A stretch of DNA of 64,000 bases, taken from NCBI GenBank assembly GCA_942492905.1, contig OW818657.1, positions 5,523,908 to 5,587,907 of the forward strand, written 5' to 3'. A program made the translations under genes and the position numbers. Below are positions 52,300-64,000 of this stretch, piece after piece. Every line of letters begins with the position of its first letter. The first letter of the stretch is position 1. Source of the stretch: an uncultured Verrucomicrobiota bacterium (GTDB lineage Bacteria > Verrucomicrobiota > Verrucomicrobiia > Verrucomicrobiales > V1-33). The notes beneath the pieces were generated by a model, which saw only the letters and a program-made list of their open reading frames with translations, had not been told where the DNA came from and searched no databases.

Positions 52300-53592
52300 C
52301 TACTTGGCCAGGCGCAAACAGATCAGCTTTCCGGAATGGCCCCGGCAGAGCAGGTGGCGGTCCGCCAGCACCACGTGCGGCCACGCCATGTCTTCCGCGA
52401 AAAGCGGCAGCCAGGCCAATTCCACGTAGGTTCCCGGGGAACGGATATCAATCAGCCCGAGGTCGCCGTTGTTGCTCCAGGTGATGAGGCGCTGGTCGGC
52501 GCAGCCGATGAGGGAGGTGGCATCACTGAAGCGGCCGTCCTTCCACCGGACCTTCCCGCTGGCCGCATCCATGCAGGTCAGGCCCCGCACGGCAAAATAC
52601 AGATTTCCTCCCGCCAGCACCGGCGTGGTGACATTGCTGCCCTGGTTTTTCGCCTCCCAGACCGTCTCCCAACCTTTGGTCAGGGTGGGGCGCAGCCGGG
52701 CGGTGAGGTTGGTCCATTTGGTGGAGATGATCACGTCGCCCTCCACCGCCACCGGGGTTGCCATGTTGTTGGCATAACGGGTCGGCCATGACCGCAGGGC
52801 AAGGGTCGCTCCCGGCTTGGCAGCATCCAGACTGATGAGAGCCACATTCAGGGAAGTGAAAACCACCAAGGCAGGTTTTCCCTCCACCGTGAGCGGCAGC
52901 ATTCCGCCCGCATGGCCCGCCGGGTCCTTCAATTCGCTGGTCCATTGGAGCTGGCCGGTGCGCTTGTCGAAAGCGGCCACCGTGCCGGTGGTGGAGCCAA
53001 CCTCCACCAGCAGGCTGTCCCCCTGCACCAGCGGCGCACTGGTGAATCCGTAGTCGCGCTGCGTGTCGGCATGTTTGGTCACCGCCGGGCGCTGTTTCAC
53101 CTGAAATTTGTCATGGAGATTCACCTCCCAAACGGGCGCGCCTCCCAGCGCGGCCTGCCACGCACACAGATCGCCATCACATCCCAAGGTGTAGAGCAGG
53201 CCGGTGGCCGCATCGAACTCCGGGGTGGCGGAGGGCCCGCCGTAGAATCCCTGATCGCCCACCGCATGGCGCCCATAGCGTGGAGCGGGACGCGACTGCT
53301 CCCATAGCACTTTCCCGCTGCGCAGATCCACACAGCGCAGCGTGTCCCGGCCGTCAGCCCAACCGGTGAGGAACACCTTCCCGCCACTGACCACCGGCGA
53401 GGAACTTCCTTGCCCGGCAGTCATTTCCCAGGCTTTCGCCGGTCCCTTCGGCAGGTTCCACGCTCCATCATCCCAGCCCGACGACTCGGCAGTATGGCCA
53501 TCGCGCGCCTGGCCCCGCCAGTGCGCCCAATCATCGGCTGGCAGCAGGGAAGCCGTCAGGAAACCAGCAGAGAGCAGGACACGGAATCGCAT
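52300..53592 (-). CDS. PQQ-like beta-propeller repeat protein, secreted (third paralog in window)
   Basis: 430-aa ORF with a signal peptide and DDWAHWRG. Blade motifs include LRCVDLRSGKVLW, LCAWQA, VAAFDKRTGQLQW and LTCMDAASGKVRW. Confidence 0.8.
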   Translation of the reverse strand: MRFRVLLSAGFLTASLLPADDWAHWRGQARDGHTAESSGWDDGAWNLPKGPAKAWEMTAGQGSSSPVVSGGKVFLTGWADGRDTLRCVDLRSGKVLWEQSRPAPRYGRHAVGDQGFYGGPSATPEFDAATGLLYTLGCDGDLCAWQAALGGAPVWEVNLHDKFQVKQRPAVTKHADTQRDYGFTSAPLVQGDSLLVEVGSTTGTVAAFDKRTGQLQWTSELKDPAGHAGGMLPLTVEGKPALVVFTSLNVALISLDAAKPGATLALRSWPTRYANNMATPVAVEGDVIISTKWTNLTARLRPTLTKGWETVWEAKNQGSNVTTPVLAGGNLYFAVRGLTCMDAASGKVRWKDGRFSDATSLIGCADQRLITWSNNGDLGLIDIRSPGTYVELAWLPLFAEDMAWPHVVLADRHLLCRGHSGKLICLRLAK

Positions 53593-53709
53593 AAGTTGTC
53601 CAAAGTAGGCCGTGGCGCTTTCCGCGCAAGTTCCGGGTTCAACGAGGGCTAGGCACCGGAATTCCCACAGAAATCCGGAGATTCATGCCATACCCTGCCA
53701 AGCCTTTGG

Positions 53710-54189
53710 CTAGGCGGGTTTCAGGTATTTCCGCCACGCTTCCGACTCCGCGGTTTGCTTTAGGATCGCATTTCGTCTTTGGATAAAGCGCTCCAGGTAG
53801 CGCCGCAGGATCAGGGCATCGACCAACCGGCCCAGCAGTCCAAGGGGCGAGCAAAATTCAAACCGGTCGATCATCACCGTGACTCCTGCGTCTTCTGAAA
53901 AGGTGTGATCGTGCTGCATGCGGCGGAACGCGCCTTCGAGCATCACGTCCTGAAAGTGAAGCGGCCGGTGGAATTTCGTCATGCGCACCCGGAGCCGCTG
54001 TTTCACCCCGAAGTGGCGGGCCTCCCACGTCACCTCTTCATCGGGTCCCAACAAACCCGTCATCACACCAGCGACGGCCCGCTCTCCGGTGTGCTCTGCG
54101 GTATCCTGATGGGCATCGATACTCCGGGCGAGGTCGAAGACTCTTTCGAGTGGTGCCGCGATGCGGGTTTCGAGATGAATAATAGCCAT
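53710..54189 (-). CDS. SRPBCC (START/Bet v1-like) family protein
   Basis: 159-aa ORF. It starts MAIIHLETRIAAPLERVFDLARSID and contains ...VTWEARHFGVKQRLRVRMTKF...HDHTF, the typical SRPBCC ligand-binding fold pattern. Confidence 0.75.
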   Translation of the reverse strand: MAIIHLETRIAAPLERVFDLARSIDAHQDTAEHTGERAVAGVMTGLLGPDEEVTWEARHFGVKQRLRVRMTKFHRPLHFQDVMLEGAFRRMQHDHTFSEDAGVTVMIDRFEFCSPLGLLGRLVDALILRRYLERFIQRRNAILKQTAESEAWRKYLKPA

Positions 54190-54389
54190 TGATCTATCCC
54201 ATTATTAAAGCGCCCGCCCCTGCAGGGGGGCGGCAGGCTGCCCGGTCCTGAGTCACGGAGGCTACGATCCTGTCCGTTTCTTGTCCAACTCCTTCGCCCA
54301 TCCTTTTGCGGGTCAGGGACAAAGGTTTTCCTGGACAGAACGGCAGGATTCCAGTGTGCTGGCCGGATCGATTCCTGCCTGATCCTCCC

Positions 54390-55544
54390 ATGAACTCCCT
54401 GCCCTCTCTCCCGTTCCGGAACCTGTTGCGCTTTCTCTTCAAGCCCGCCCTCGCCGGGATCTGGCTGCTGGCCGCAGGGACGGCCGGAGCGCAGGGCCCC
54501 CTGCCGCGCAGCACGCCGGAGGCGCAGGGCGTTTCCTCCGCCGGGGTGCGGGCCTATCTGGAAGCGGCGGACCGCGAGGTGAAGTCGATGCACAGCTTCA
54601 TGCTGATCCGGCATGGCAACGTGGTGGCGGAAGCGTGGTGGAAACCGCAGACTCCGGAAACGGCTCATCAACTGTGGTCGCTGAGCAAGAGTTTCACCTC
54701 CACTGCAGTGGGCTTGGCGGTGGCCGATGGCAAACTCAAGCTGGACGACCCGGTGCTGAAGTTTTTCCCGGACGAGGCCCCGGCGGAGGTGTCCGACCAT
54801 CTGCGGGCGATGACCGTGAAGGATTTGCTGACCATGACCTGCGGGCACGAAACCGAAGTGAAGCTGTCCATGACGGACACGGTGCCGTGGGTGCGGGCCT
54901 TCCTCGCCCATCCGGTGCCTCATGCGCCGGGCACCCATTTCCAATACAATACTCCAGGCACCCATATGCTGTCCGCGATTGTCAGGAAGGTAACCGGGGA
55001 GACCGTGCTGGATTATCTGCAGCCGCGCCTGTTCGCCCCGCTGGGGATCGATCATCCGGAATGGCCGGCCAGTCCGCAGGGGAACACCATTGGAGGCTGG
55101 GGCCTGAAGGTGCGGACCGAGGACATCGCGAAATTTGGCCAACTCTATCTGCAAAAGGGGCAATGGCAGGGCAAGTCTCTGATCCCGGCCCCGTGGGTGG
55201 AACAGGCCTCGGCCCGGCAGGTGCCCAACGCGGCCGGCCGGAAGAATCCTGACGAATCCGACTGGGCGCAGGGTTATGGTTTCCAATTCTGGCGCTGCCG
55301 CCACGGCGCCTACCGCGGGGATGGGAAGGACGGGCAATTCTGCCTCGTGCTGCCGGAGCAGGATGTGGTGGTGGCGATCACCGCGGAAACCGGCGACATG
55401 CAGCAGGAACTGAATGTGGTGTGGGACCACCTCCTGCCCGCCCTGCAAAAAGGCCCGCTGCCGGAGCAGCCGGAAGAATTGGCCAAACTCAAGGCCCTGA
55501 CCGCCCGCCTGACGGTGAGCCCGCCCCCTGCCGCGGCGAAATAA
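54390..55544 (+). CDS. Serine hydrolase (beta-lactamase class C / PBP4-like family), secreted
   Basis: Start moved to ATG 54390 (a signal peptide ending AGTAGAQG). The SxxK active site is in LWSLSKSFTS, and the family-typical blocks FQYNTPGTHML and GYGFQFW are present. Confidence 0.85.
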   Translation: MNSLPSLPFRNLLRFLFKPALAGIWLLAAGTAGAQGPLPRSTPEAQGVSSAGVRAYLEAADREVKSMHSFMLIRHGNVVAEAWWKPQTPETAHQLWSLSKSFTSTAVGLAVADGKLKLDDPVLKFFPDEAPAEVSDHLRAMTVKDLLTMTCGHETEVKLSMTDTVPWVRAFLAHPVPHAPGTHFQYNTPGTHMLSAIVRKVTGETVLDYLQPRLFAPLGIDHPEWPASPQGNTIGGWGLKVRTEDIAKFGQLYLQKGQWQGKSLIPAPWVEQASARQVPNAAGRKNPDESDWAQGYGFQFWRCRHGAYRGDGKDGQFCLVLPEQDVVVAITAETGDMQQELNVVWDHLLPALQKGPLPEQPEELAKLKALTARLTVSPPPAAAK

Positions 55545-55577
55545 GCAGGCGCGCGGACCGGTGGCGCAGACGCAGCC

Positions 55578-55745
55578 TCACGGGCGGGAGCCAAAGCCAA
55601 ACAGGAATCCCATCACGCCGCCGTAGATGGCCCCGCGCCACCAGGTCGAAGTGAGGGGACAGGTGCCGGAATGGCATTGGCCGAAATAACCCAGAAGCGA
55701 ACCCAGGATGGCGCCAATGGCGATGGGAAGAAGGAGGCGTATCAT
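55578..55745 (-). CDS. Small two-TM membrane protein with CxSGxCP motif (DUF6132-like)
   Basis: 55 aa from ATG 55745: MIRLLLPIAIGAILGSLLGYFGQCHSGTCPLTSTWWRGAIYGGVMGFLFGF. The GxCxSGxCPxTS pattern matches small proteins I recall next to YeeE/YedE and DUF302 genes. Confidence 0.6.
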   Translation of the reverse strand: MIRLLLPIAIGAILGSLLGYFGQCHSGTCPLTSTWWRGAIYGGVMGFLFGFGSRP

Positions 55746-55764
55746 CAGACAGAGAGGGACGGAT

Positions 55765-56154
55765 TCACCTGGCCGCTTCAATGATGGCGATGGTTTCCTG
55801 CTCCACTTGTTCAGCGATTTCCTGCAACCCGGCCGCCCCGGACAGCGAAGCCAGCAGCACGGTGGGCCGCACCATGCCGATCAGGGTTTTGCCACCATCC
55901 CCATAGACCGAGATCCGGCACGGCAGGGCCAGGTTCATGGACATGTCAGCAGCCAGGACCGCAGCCGCTTGCTTTGGGTTGCACACTTCCAGAATATGGC
56001 AGGCGTTGGGCAGCTCGAAACCTTTACCGGCAAGGGTTTGCCGGAGGTCATGGATATGGAGCACTCCATAACCGTGCTGCTTGACCGAGACTTCCAGATC
56101 CGCCACGGCCTGGGCCGGCGACTTGGTGGTTTCGACGATGTATTGGGGATTCAT
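55765..56154 (-). CDS. DUF302 domain protein
   Basis: 129 aa from ATG 56154. The blocks HGYGVLHIHDLRQTLAGKGFEL, CHILEVCNPKQAAAVL and LALPCRISVYGDGGKT are typical of DUF302. There is a 4-nt overlap with the upstream YeeE gene. Confidence 0.85.
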   Translation of the reverse strand: MNPQYIVETTKSPAQAVADLEVSVKQHGYGVLHIHDLRQTLAGKGFELPNACHILEVCNPKQAAAVLAADMSMNLALPCRISVYGDGGKTLIGMVRPTVLLASLSGAAGLQEIAEQVEQETIAIIEAAR

Positions 56155-56741
56155 GGTTTTTTTGATAGGGTTGATGCAGCAGATTTCTTTTCCACCTTCG
56201 CCACGATGGCAAAGACGACGATCGCCATCGCGACCAGTCCGGCATACCAGACCCATTCGGGCAGGGTGGCGAGTTGGGGCAGTCTCTTTTTGCCGAGATC
56301 CCCCACCGGCAGGATGTTGGCGGCGATCCAGTCATAGCTGAACGCATAGAGGGTCGCGCCGGCCAGCATCCCCAGGAAGCCGACCAGGGCGTCGAGCTTC
56401 CCGGCCGCGATGGCGGCCACACCGGTCCCGGGGCAATAACCATAGATCACCATGCCAATGCCGAAGAGCGCCGCGCCGGATACCACGGCGAGCATGGCCG
56501 CGGGCTTGATGTGGAAGTTCGCCAACCCCTGCCCGTGCAGGATAAAAATGCCCACGCCGCCGACCACGATGGCGGTGAACATGACCTTCAGCACCGTGAA
56601 GTCGCGGAACAGGAACTGCTTCACGATGACATTGTAGTCGGCCACGCCGCCGCGGTGCAGCAGCACGCCAAAGAGGAAACCAAAAGCCAGTCCGGCCCAT
56701 AGCAGATTTGGACCGGTGATAAATGATAGAATGGAGTTCAT
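56151..56741 (-). CDS. YeeE/YedE family sulfur-compound transporter half-protein
   Basis: 196-aa polytopic ORF with GYCPGTG (the conserved Cys-containing re-entrant loop of YeeE/YedE). Confidence 0.85.
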   Translation of the reverse strand: MNSILSFITGPNLLWAGLAFGFLFGVLLHRGGVADYNVIVKQFLFRDFTVLKVMFTAIVVGGVGIFILHGQGLANFHIKPAAMLAVVSGAALFGIGMVIYGYCPGTGVAAIAAGKLDALVGFLGMLAGATLYAFSYDWIAANILPVGDLGKKRLPQLATLPEWVWYAGLVAMAIVVFAIVAKVEKKSAASTLSKKP

Positions 56742-56746
56742 AGGAT

Positions 56747-57268
56747 TCAGGATTGGGGGCGGTTACGGAAGAGGATGAAGGCGGTGACGGCCCCGGTGGC
56801 GAACATCACAATGAAAAAAGTCCAGCTGCTGACCGCGAGCTGCAACGACCCGCTGATGCCGTGACCGCTGGTGCAGCCATCGGCCAGCCGGGCGCCGAAG
56901 ATGATGACCACCCCGCCGAGGAAGGCTGCCGCCATGCGTTTGATCACCGATGGGCCGAAGCGCTCACGCCAGACCGCCGGCACGCTTTCCAGCTTGAAGC
57001 TGCCGCTCACCACGGCGCTGACAAACGCTCCGAACAACGTGCCCAGCACGAACAAACTGCCGTAGTCCCATGCGGGCACGGCCTTCTTGGCCCAGTAGGT
57101 ATTCGCCGCCACGCCCGCGCTGCCCAGCACCGGCAGGGCGCACGCGCCGGAGGCCTGCGCGATCCCGGTGGACATGCCGATCGGCTTGTCCACCAGCGAA
57201 AAGGTGAGGATACTGAGCACGCCGATCAGCGCGCCCACGAGATAAGGATTCCAACGATAGGTTTTCAT
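56747..57268 (-). CDS. YeeE/YedE family sulfur-compound transporter half-protein
   Basis: Start moved to ATG 57268 (MKTYRWNPYLVGALIG...). It is polytopic and has LADGCTSGHG (the conserved Cys loop). It forms the split pair with the downstream gene. Confidence 0.85.
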   Translation of the reverse strand: MKTYRWNPYLVGALIGVLSILTFSLVDKPIGMSTGIAQASGACALPVLGSAGVAANTYWAKKAVPAWDYGSLFVLGTLFGAFVSAVVSGSFKLESVPAVWRERFGPSVIKRMAAAFLGGVVIIFGARLADGCTSGHGISGSLQLAVSSWTFFIVMFATGAVTAFILFRNRPQS

Positions 57269-57399
57269 GAGGGATTCAGGAGTGGATTGGTTCAAACGTG
57301 ATGCCGACATCATCCTGTGGATTCAGAGGGCGGATCGCAGGCGCGGGCCGGGCGGCGGACAGAGAATTGATAGTCATAGAGTGGGTTGTGGGGGTTCCT

Positions 57400-58153
57400 T
57401 CAGTTTGGCTGCGGAGCGTCCTTCCCGGCAGCTGGGGCCTCTCCAGTGGGGGCCTGCCGGCATTTCGGACAGTCTGCCTTGGCCGCGGGGGCGGGCTTGG
57501 CGGGACCATCGGGTTTACCGGCAGCCGCGGGGCAATCCGGACAGCCAGCCTTGGGCTTCTCCTTGCCTTCGGGGCAGGCTGCCGGGGTGGCCCCGGGGGC
57601 CGGGGCGGCTGGCTTTTCGCCGCCAAGGGCGCGGGGATGCGATTCGTGCATTTGGGCGGGACCTTTCTCCACGAAACCACTCACAATCCTGGCGTGGTTC
57701 TGCGCGACTTTGACGGCTTCCGGCGTTTTGCCCCGGGCGATCATCTCCACGCCGCCCGGCACTTCCTTGAAGTCGTGCTCCAAATCCTGATAGTGCTCGA
57801 CCAGCTCCGCAAAGGCCGGATCCCAGCGGCGGATCATCATGCCGGCGCCGAGACGCTCCCGCATCTCCCTGACATGCTTCTGCAGCGTCTTCGCGACTTC
57901 CGGATCTTCGGAAACCGTGCGTGATTTGTAGCCGGTGTCCGTCACTTCGACGGTGCGCTTGATCTTGGCATGATTCTCAAAAAGCTGATGGATGGCGTCC
58001 TGAAAGCCACCCATGCCAGGGCCACCACCGGAACCGCCTCCGCGGCCTCCGGGACCACGTCCCGGCCCAGGTCCCCTGGGCGGCCAGAGGCAGGGCCATG
58101 GAAAAACATAAACCGGCAATGAAGAAGCATGTGGATGGGGTGGGTGTTTTCAT
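57400..58153 (-). CDS. Secreted Gly-rich/His-rich protein with Cys-rich (CPxC x2) C-terminal tail; apparent frameshift between signal peptide and body
   Basis: The body ORF 57400..58119 begins with a TTG and an implausible W/P/C-rich N-terminus. A good signal peptide MKTPTPSTCFFIAGLCFSMALPLAAQG starts at ATG 58153, in a different frame from the body. The two frames can be joined by removing one G in the GGGG run (58073..58076 on the + strand). Confidence 0.55.
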
Positions 58154-58157
58154 GGAT

Positions 58158-59801
58158 TCAGGGGTTGGGGTTGGTTGGGGGATTGGTGGGAACGCTTTGC
58201 AGCAGACGGTAGAAGGAGCGGGGCGGGCCGTTTGTGGAGACCACCAGAGGGGAGGCTTCCGGAGCCGGCCATAATTCACTCCAGGACTGCAGATCAGGCG
58301 ACTGCTCGAAAAGGTAGCGGGCGCCTGCGACCAGCGGCCACGACAGCTTGACACTCTCCGGCGGGGTCAAGGCGATCTCCAGTTCCGGAGCCGGGGCCGG
58401 CACGGGAGTGAGGACCACCGCGAAGATCTCCCCGCCCGCCCTGGTGTTGCCGTTGTTGGGGGCATCGGAAACCAACCCGCCATAGATGTGGCCGATCACC
58501 CGGGGGCGGTCCAGGCCGGTAAGATCGATGATTTTGGGCCGCAGGAGCGGAACCCCGGCCGCGGGGAGAAACTCGGCATTGGTGCCAAAGAAGAGCCGCG
58601 CCCCGGCCTCCGAACGGATGTCTGGAAACTCGGACGGCAGCAGCGTCTGATGAAACTGCCCGGCCTCCGAACGGATAACGCAACTGAGATGCGGCACAAA
58701 GGGCACCTGTGGATCACTGACCCAGACGTGGGTTAGGGCATCCTGGAACTGGGCACTCAGACCGCCGAATTGCAGGATGAAATTTTCGCCGGTGACCCGG
58801 TTGAAGAGCGAAGTTTTGGCACTGTGATAGTGATGAAGCCCCTGCTTGAAGGTCGCCGCCGCCAGAGGATCCGGCTGCGAAGGCACTCCTTCGGCCGTGA
58901 TCGTGACCGGCACCGTCCACACGCCGGTAGTGGGAGTAAAGACTCCCGCGAGCGCGAGAAATTCATCCTTCAACGAACCACTGGCGGGATCGCGGAGGAG
59001 CACTGGGACCACATTTAAATCACGCCGGCGGAAATCCTCGGCAGGCGGGCTTTGATAAATCCCCGCCGGATCCAGCGCCAGCGCCGGGCCAGTGCCCAGC
59101 AGGGAAAACCGGCGCACCTGGCGGGTGTAGGTGCCGTTGAAGTTGGGACGATAGCGGCCCGGGTAGTTCTGCCCGAAGATGAGCAGGAACCGGTCCCCGG
59201 ACTTTTCGAGAGCCCCGCCCGTCACCTGAAAGAGCGGCGACTGGATGGTGTGGACCGACTCCGCCGGCGCGGGACTGCCGGGACTTTGCTTCACCCAGGC
59301 GATCAGCCCGGGCACGTCGATCTCCGCGAAATCGCTGTAAGTGACATAGTCTGCGGCCGCACGGCTGTATCCATAGCCACCCGCAACATAAAGCCGGTGT
59401 TCCTCCTGCACAAAATTGTGGTTGGTGGCGGAAAGAAAATCCACGGTGGCGGGGGCAAGGCCGGCATCATGAAGCGACCGGCGCCATGATTGCTGACCGG
59501 TGCGGTCCACTACCCACAGATCCGTGTTGGCCGAGGCCGGGGGAAAGCCATCCATTCCGGTCATGCCATGCAGGCCATTGGTGCGCCCGCCCAGGAAGAG
59601 CCACTGCCCTTCCCACACGGCCACGATATAGGAGTGCAGCGTGGGCAAGGCTGCCGGGCCAGCATTCACCTGCTCAATACGGATGGTGAAAGGCAGGTGA
59701 TCCGAAGCGTAAACCGGAGAGAAATCCGCCGTCTGATGCGCTGCCGGCATCCCGGTGGGGACCAGCAGCATCGCGCCGAGCATCAGCAGATAACGTTTCA
59801 T
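58158..59801 (-). CDS. Secreted Kelch/galactose-oxidase-like beta-propeller protein with C-terminal Fn3-like domain
   Basis: Start moved to ATG 59801 (MKRYLLMLGAMLLVPTGMPAA). Kelch-like strands include VAVWEGQWLFLGGRT, HRLYVAGGYGY and FLLIFGQ. The C-terminal ~90 aa (LEIALTPPESVKLSWPLVAGARYLFEQSPDLQSW...FYRLLQ) looks Fn3-like. The family call is tentative. Confidence 0.5.
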   Translation of the reverse strand: MKRYLLMLGAMLLVPTGMPAAHQTADFSPVYASDHLPFTIRIEQVNAGPAALPTLHSYIVAVWEGQWLFLGGRTNGLHGMTGMDGFPPASANTDLWVVDRTGQQSWRRSLHDAGLAPATVDFLSATNHNFVQEEHRLYVAGGYGYSRAAADYVTYSDFAEIDVPGLIAWVKQSPGSPAPAESVHTIQSPLFQVTGGALEKSGDRFLLIFGQNYPGRYRPNFNGTYTRQVRRFSLLGTGPALALDPAGIYQSPPAEDFRRRDLNVVPVLLRDPASGSLKDEFLALAGVFTPTTGVWTVPVTITAEGVPSQPDPLAAATFKQGLHHYHSAKTSLFNRVTGENFILQFGGLSAQFQDALTHVWVSDPQVPFVPHLSCVIRSEAGQFHQTLLPSEFPDIRSEAGARLFFGTNAEFLPAAGVPLLRPKIIDLTGLDRPRVIGHIYGGLVSDAPNNGNTRAGGEIFAVVLTPVPAPAPELEIALTPPESVKLSWPLVAGARYLFEQSPDLQSWSELWPAPEASPLVVSTNGPPRSFYRLLQSVPTNPPTNPNP

Positions 59802-59805
59802 GGGA

Positions 59806-63146
<3,341 letters not shown>

Positions 63147-63150
<4 letters not shown>

Positions 63151-64000
63151 GGCAGGATAGTCACGGGTTGGCCATCGGCGAGTTGCGCCGGGTTGCTGAT
63201 CACGACCGCTTCCCCGGCCTCCAGTCCGGATAGCACTTCCACGCCGGCCGAGAGCACCTTGCCGGTCTTCACGAGACGCAGGGCGGCGATTCCCTCCTTC
63301 GCCACAAATACCAGTTCCATCTGCCCCCGCTTCATCACCGCATCCGGAGGCACCAGCAGCAGCTTCGTTTCCGCCACCGGTACGGCCACGCGGCCGAACT
63401 GGCCGGTGCGCAGGCCCTCCGCTGCCGGCAGATCGAGTTTGACCTGGAAGGTGCGGCTGACGGGATCGGCGACCGGGGCGATTTCGCTGACAATCGCCTC
63501 AAGGGGCGCGGTCACGGAGGCGATCTTCACCGGCATGGTGGCGCCCATCCGGATGCGGTCCAGAATCGCCTCCGGCAGATCGGCTTCGAAGCGCAGGGCG
63601 GTCGGCGCTTCGATTTCGAGCAGTGGCTTGCCGGGCATCGCCAGATCACCGACATCGGCCAGCTTGCGGGTGACCACCCCGTCGAAGGGAGCGGTGACCC
63701 GGGCATAACCCATCATCGTTTCGGCTTCACTGACTCCGGCGACGGCGACTTTCAGCCGGGCATTGGCGGCATCGGTTTCCTGGCGCGTGGTGGCATTGCT
63801 GGCGGCGAGCTGCTGCTGCCGGGCAAAGTCCCGCTGGGCCTGATCCAGCAAGGCCTTGGCCTGATCGACCTTGGCCTGAATCTCCTGCACATCGAGGCGG
63901 GCCAGCAAATCGCCGGACTTCACCATGGCCCCCGGGGTGGCGAGGTATTCAAGGACCCGGCCGCTGACCTTGGCTTCCACCATGGCCCGCAGTTTGGAGC
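63147..64000 (-). CDS. RND efflux periplasmic adaptor (MFP/HlyD_D23 family), C-terminal part; gene continues beyond the right edge
   Basis: The sequence reads ...[28 protein letters not shown], then a coiled coil, then [12 protein letters not shown], then beta-barrel and membrane-proximal domains. The reading frame stays open to position 64000. There is a 4-nt overlap with the RND gene start. Confidence 0.85.

Noticed and set aside
54063-55448. Minus-strand ORF of 461 aa opposite the serine hydrolase gene
   Set aside because: It is an His/Arg/Pro-rich shadow ORF that overlaps both the SRPBCC gene and the SxxK hydrolase gene.

Overview
Densely coding, visibly G+C-rich bacterial chromosomal segment. 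I support about 50 protein genes, one tRNA-Val, two or three terminator-like hairpins and one intragenic tandem repeat. I saw no rRNA, CRISPR array, transposase or integrase. The gene content suggests the PVC superphylum, most likely Verrucomicrobiota: a PSCyt/DUF1549/DUF1553 + DUF1501 pair, three PQQ-like beta-propeller paralogs, a lamin-tail protein with a PEP-CTERM-like end, and giant LamG/Ig-repeat secreted proteins. That placement is inference from motif recognition only, because no searches were possible. Housekeeping anchors are purL, ppsA, a ParC/GyrA-type topoisomerase subunit, a cysteine desulfurase and a complete MacAB-TolC-like tripartite efflux operon. The candidates most worth a second look are listed below.

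- **(1) DUF3570-ApbE-TlpA-DUF4266 operon.** The predicted outer-membrane beta-barrel (DUF3570) carries a DAISGAS sequence matching the ApbE flavinylation motif.
- **(2) RDD / SpoIIM-like / MoxR / DUF58 cluster.** Three normally separate membrane modules appear fused into one 894-aa protein.
- **(3) An 8.4-kb co-directional array.** It links an RND efflux pair, a Kelch-like secreted protein, a Cys-rich secreted protein, a split YeeE/YedE sulfur transporter, DUF302 and a small CxSGxCP membrane protein.
- **(4) Two homopolymer-associated frameshifts about 1.9 kb apart.** One affects the RND pump C-terminus, the other the Cys-rich secreted protein.
- **(5) An S41-peptidase-like protein** that seems to lack the catalytic Ser/Lys.
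- **(6) Two small A/T-richer islets.** One holds MazEF plus an immunity-like orphan; the other holds DUF4279 plus a GYF-like membrane protein.

All family names come from remembered motifs and need HMM/BLAST confirmation.
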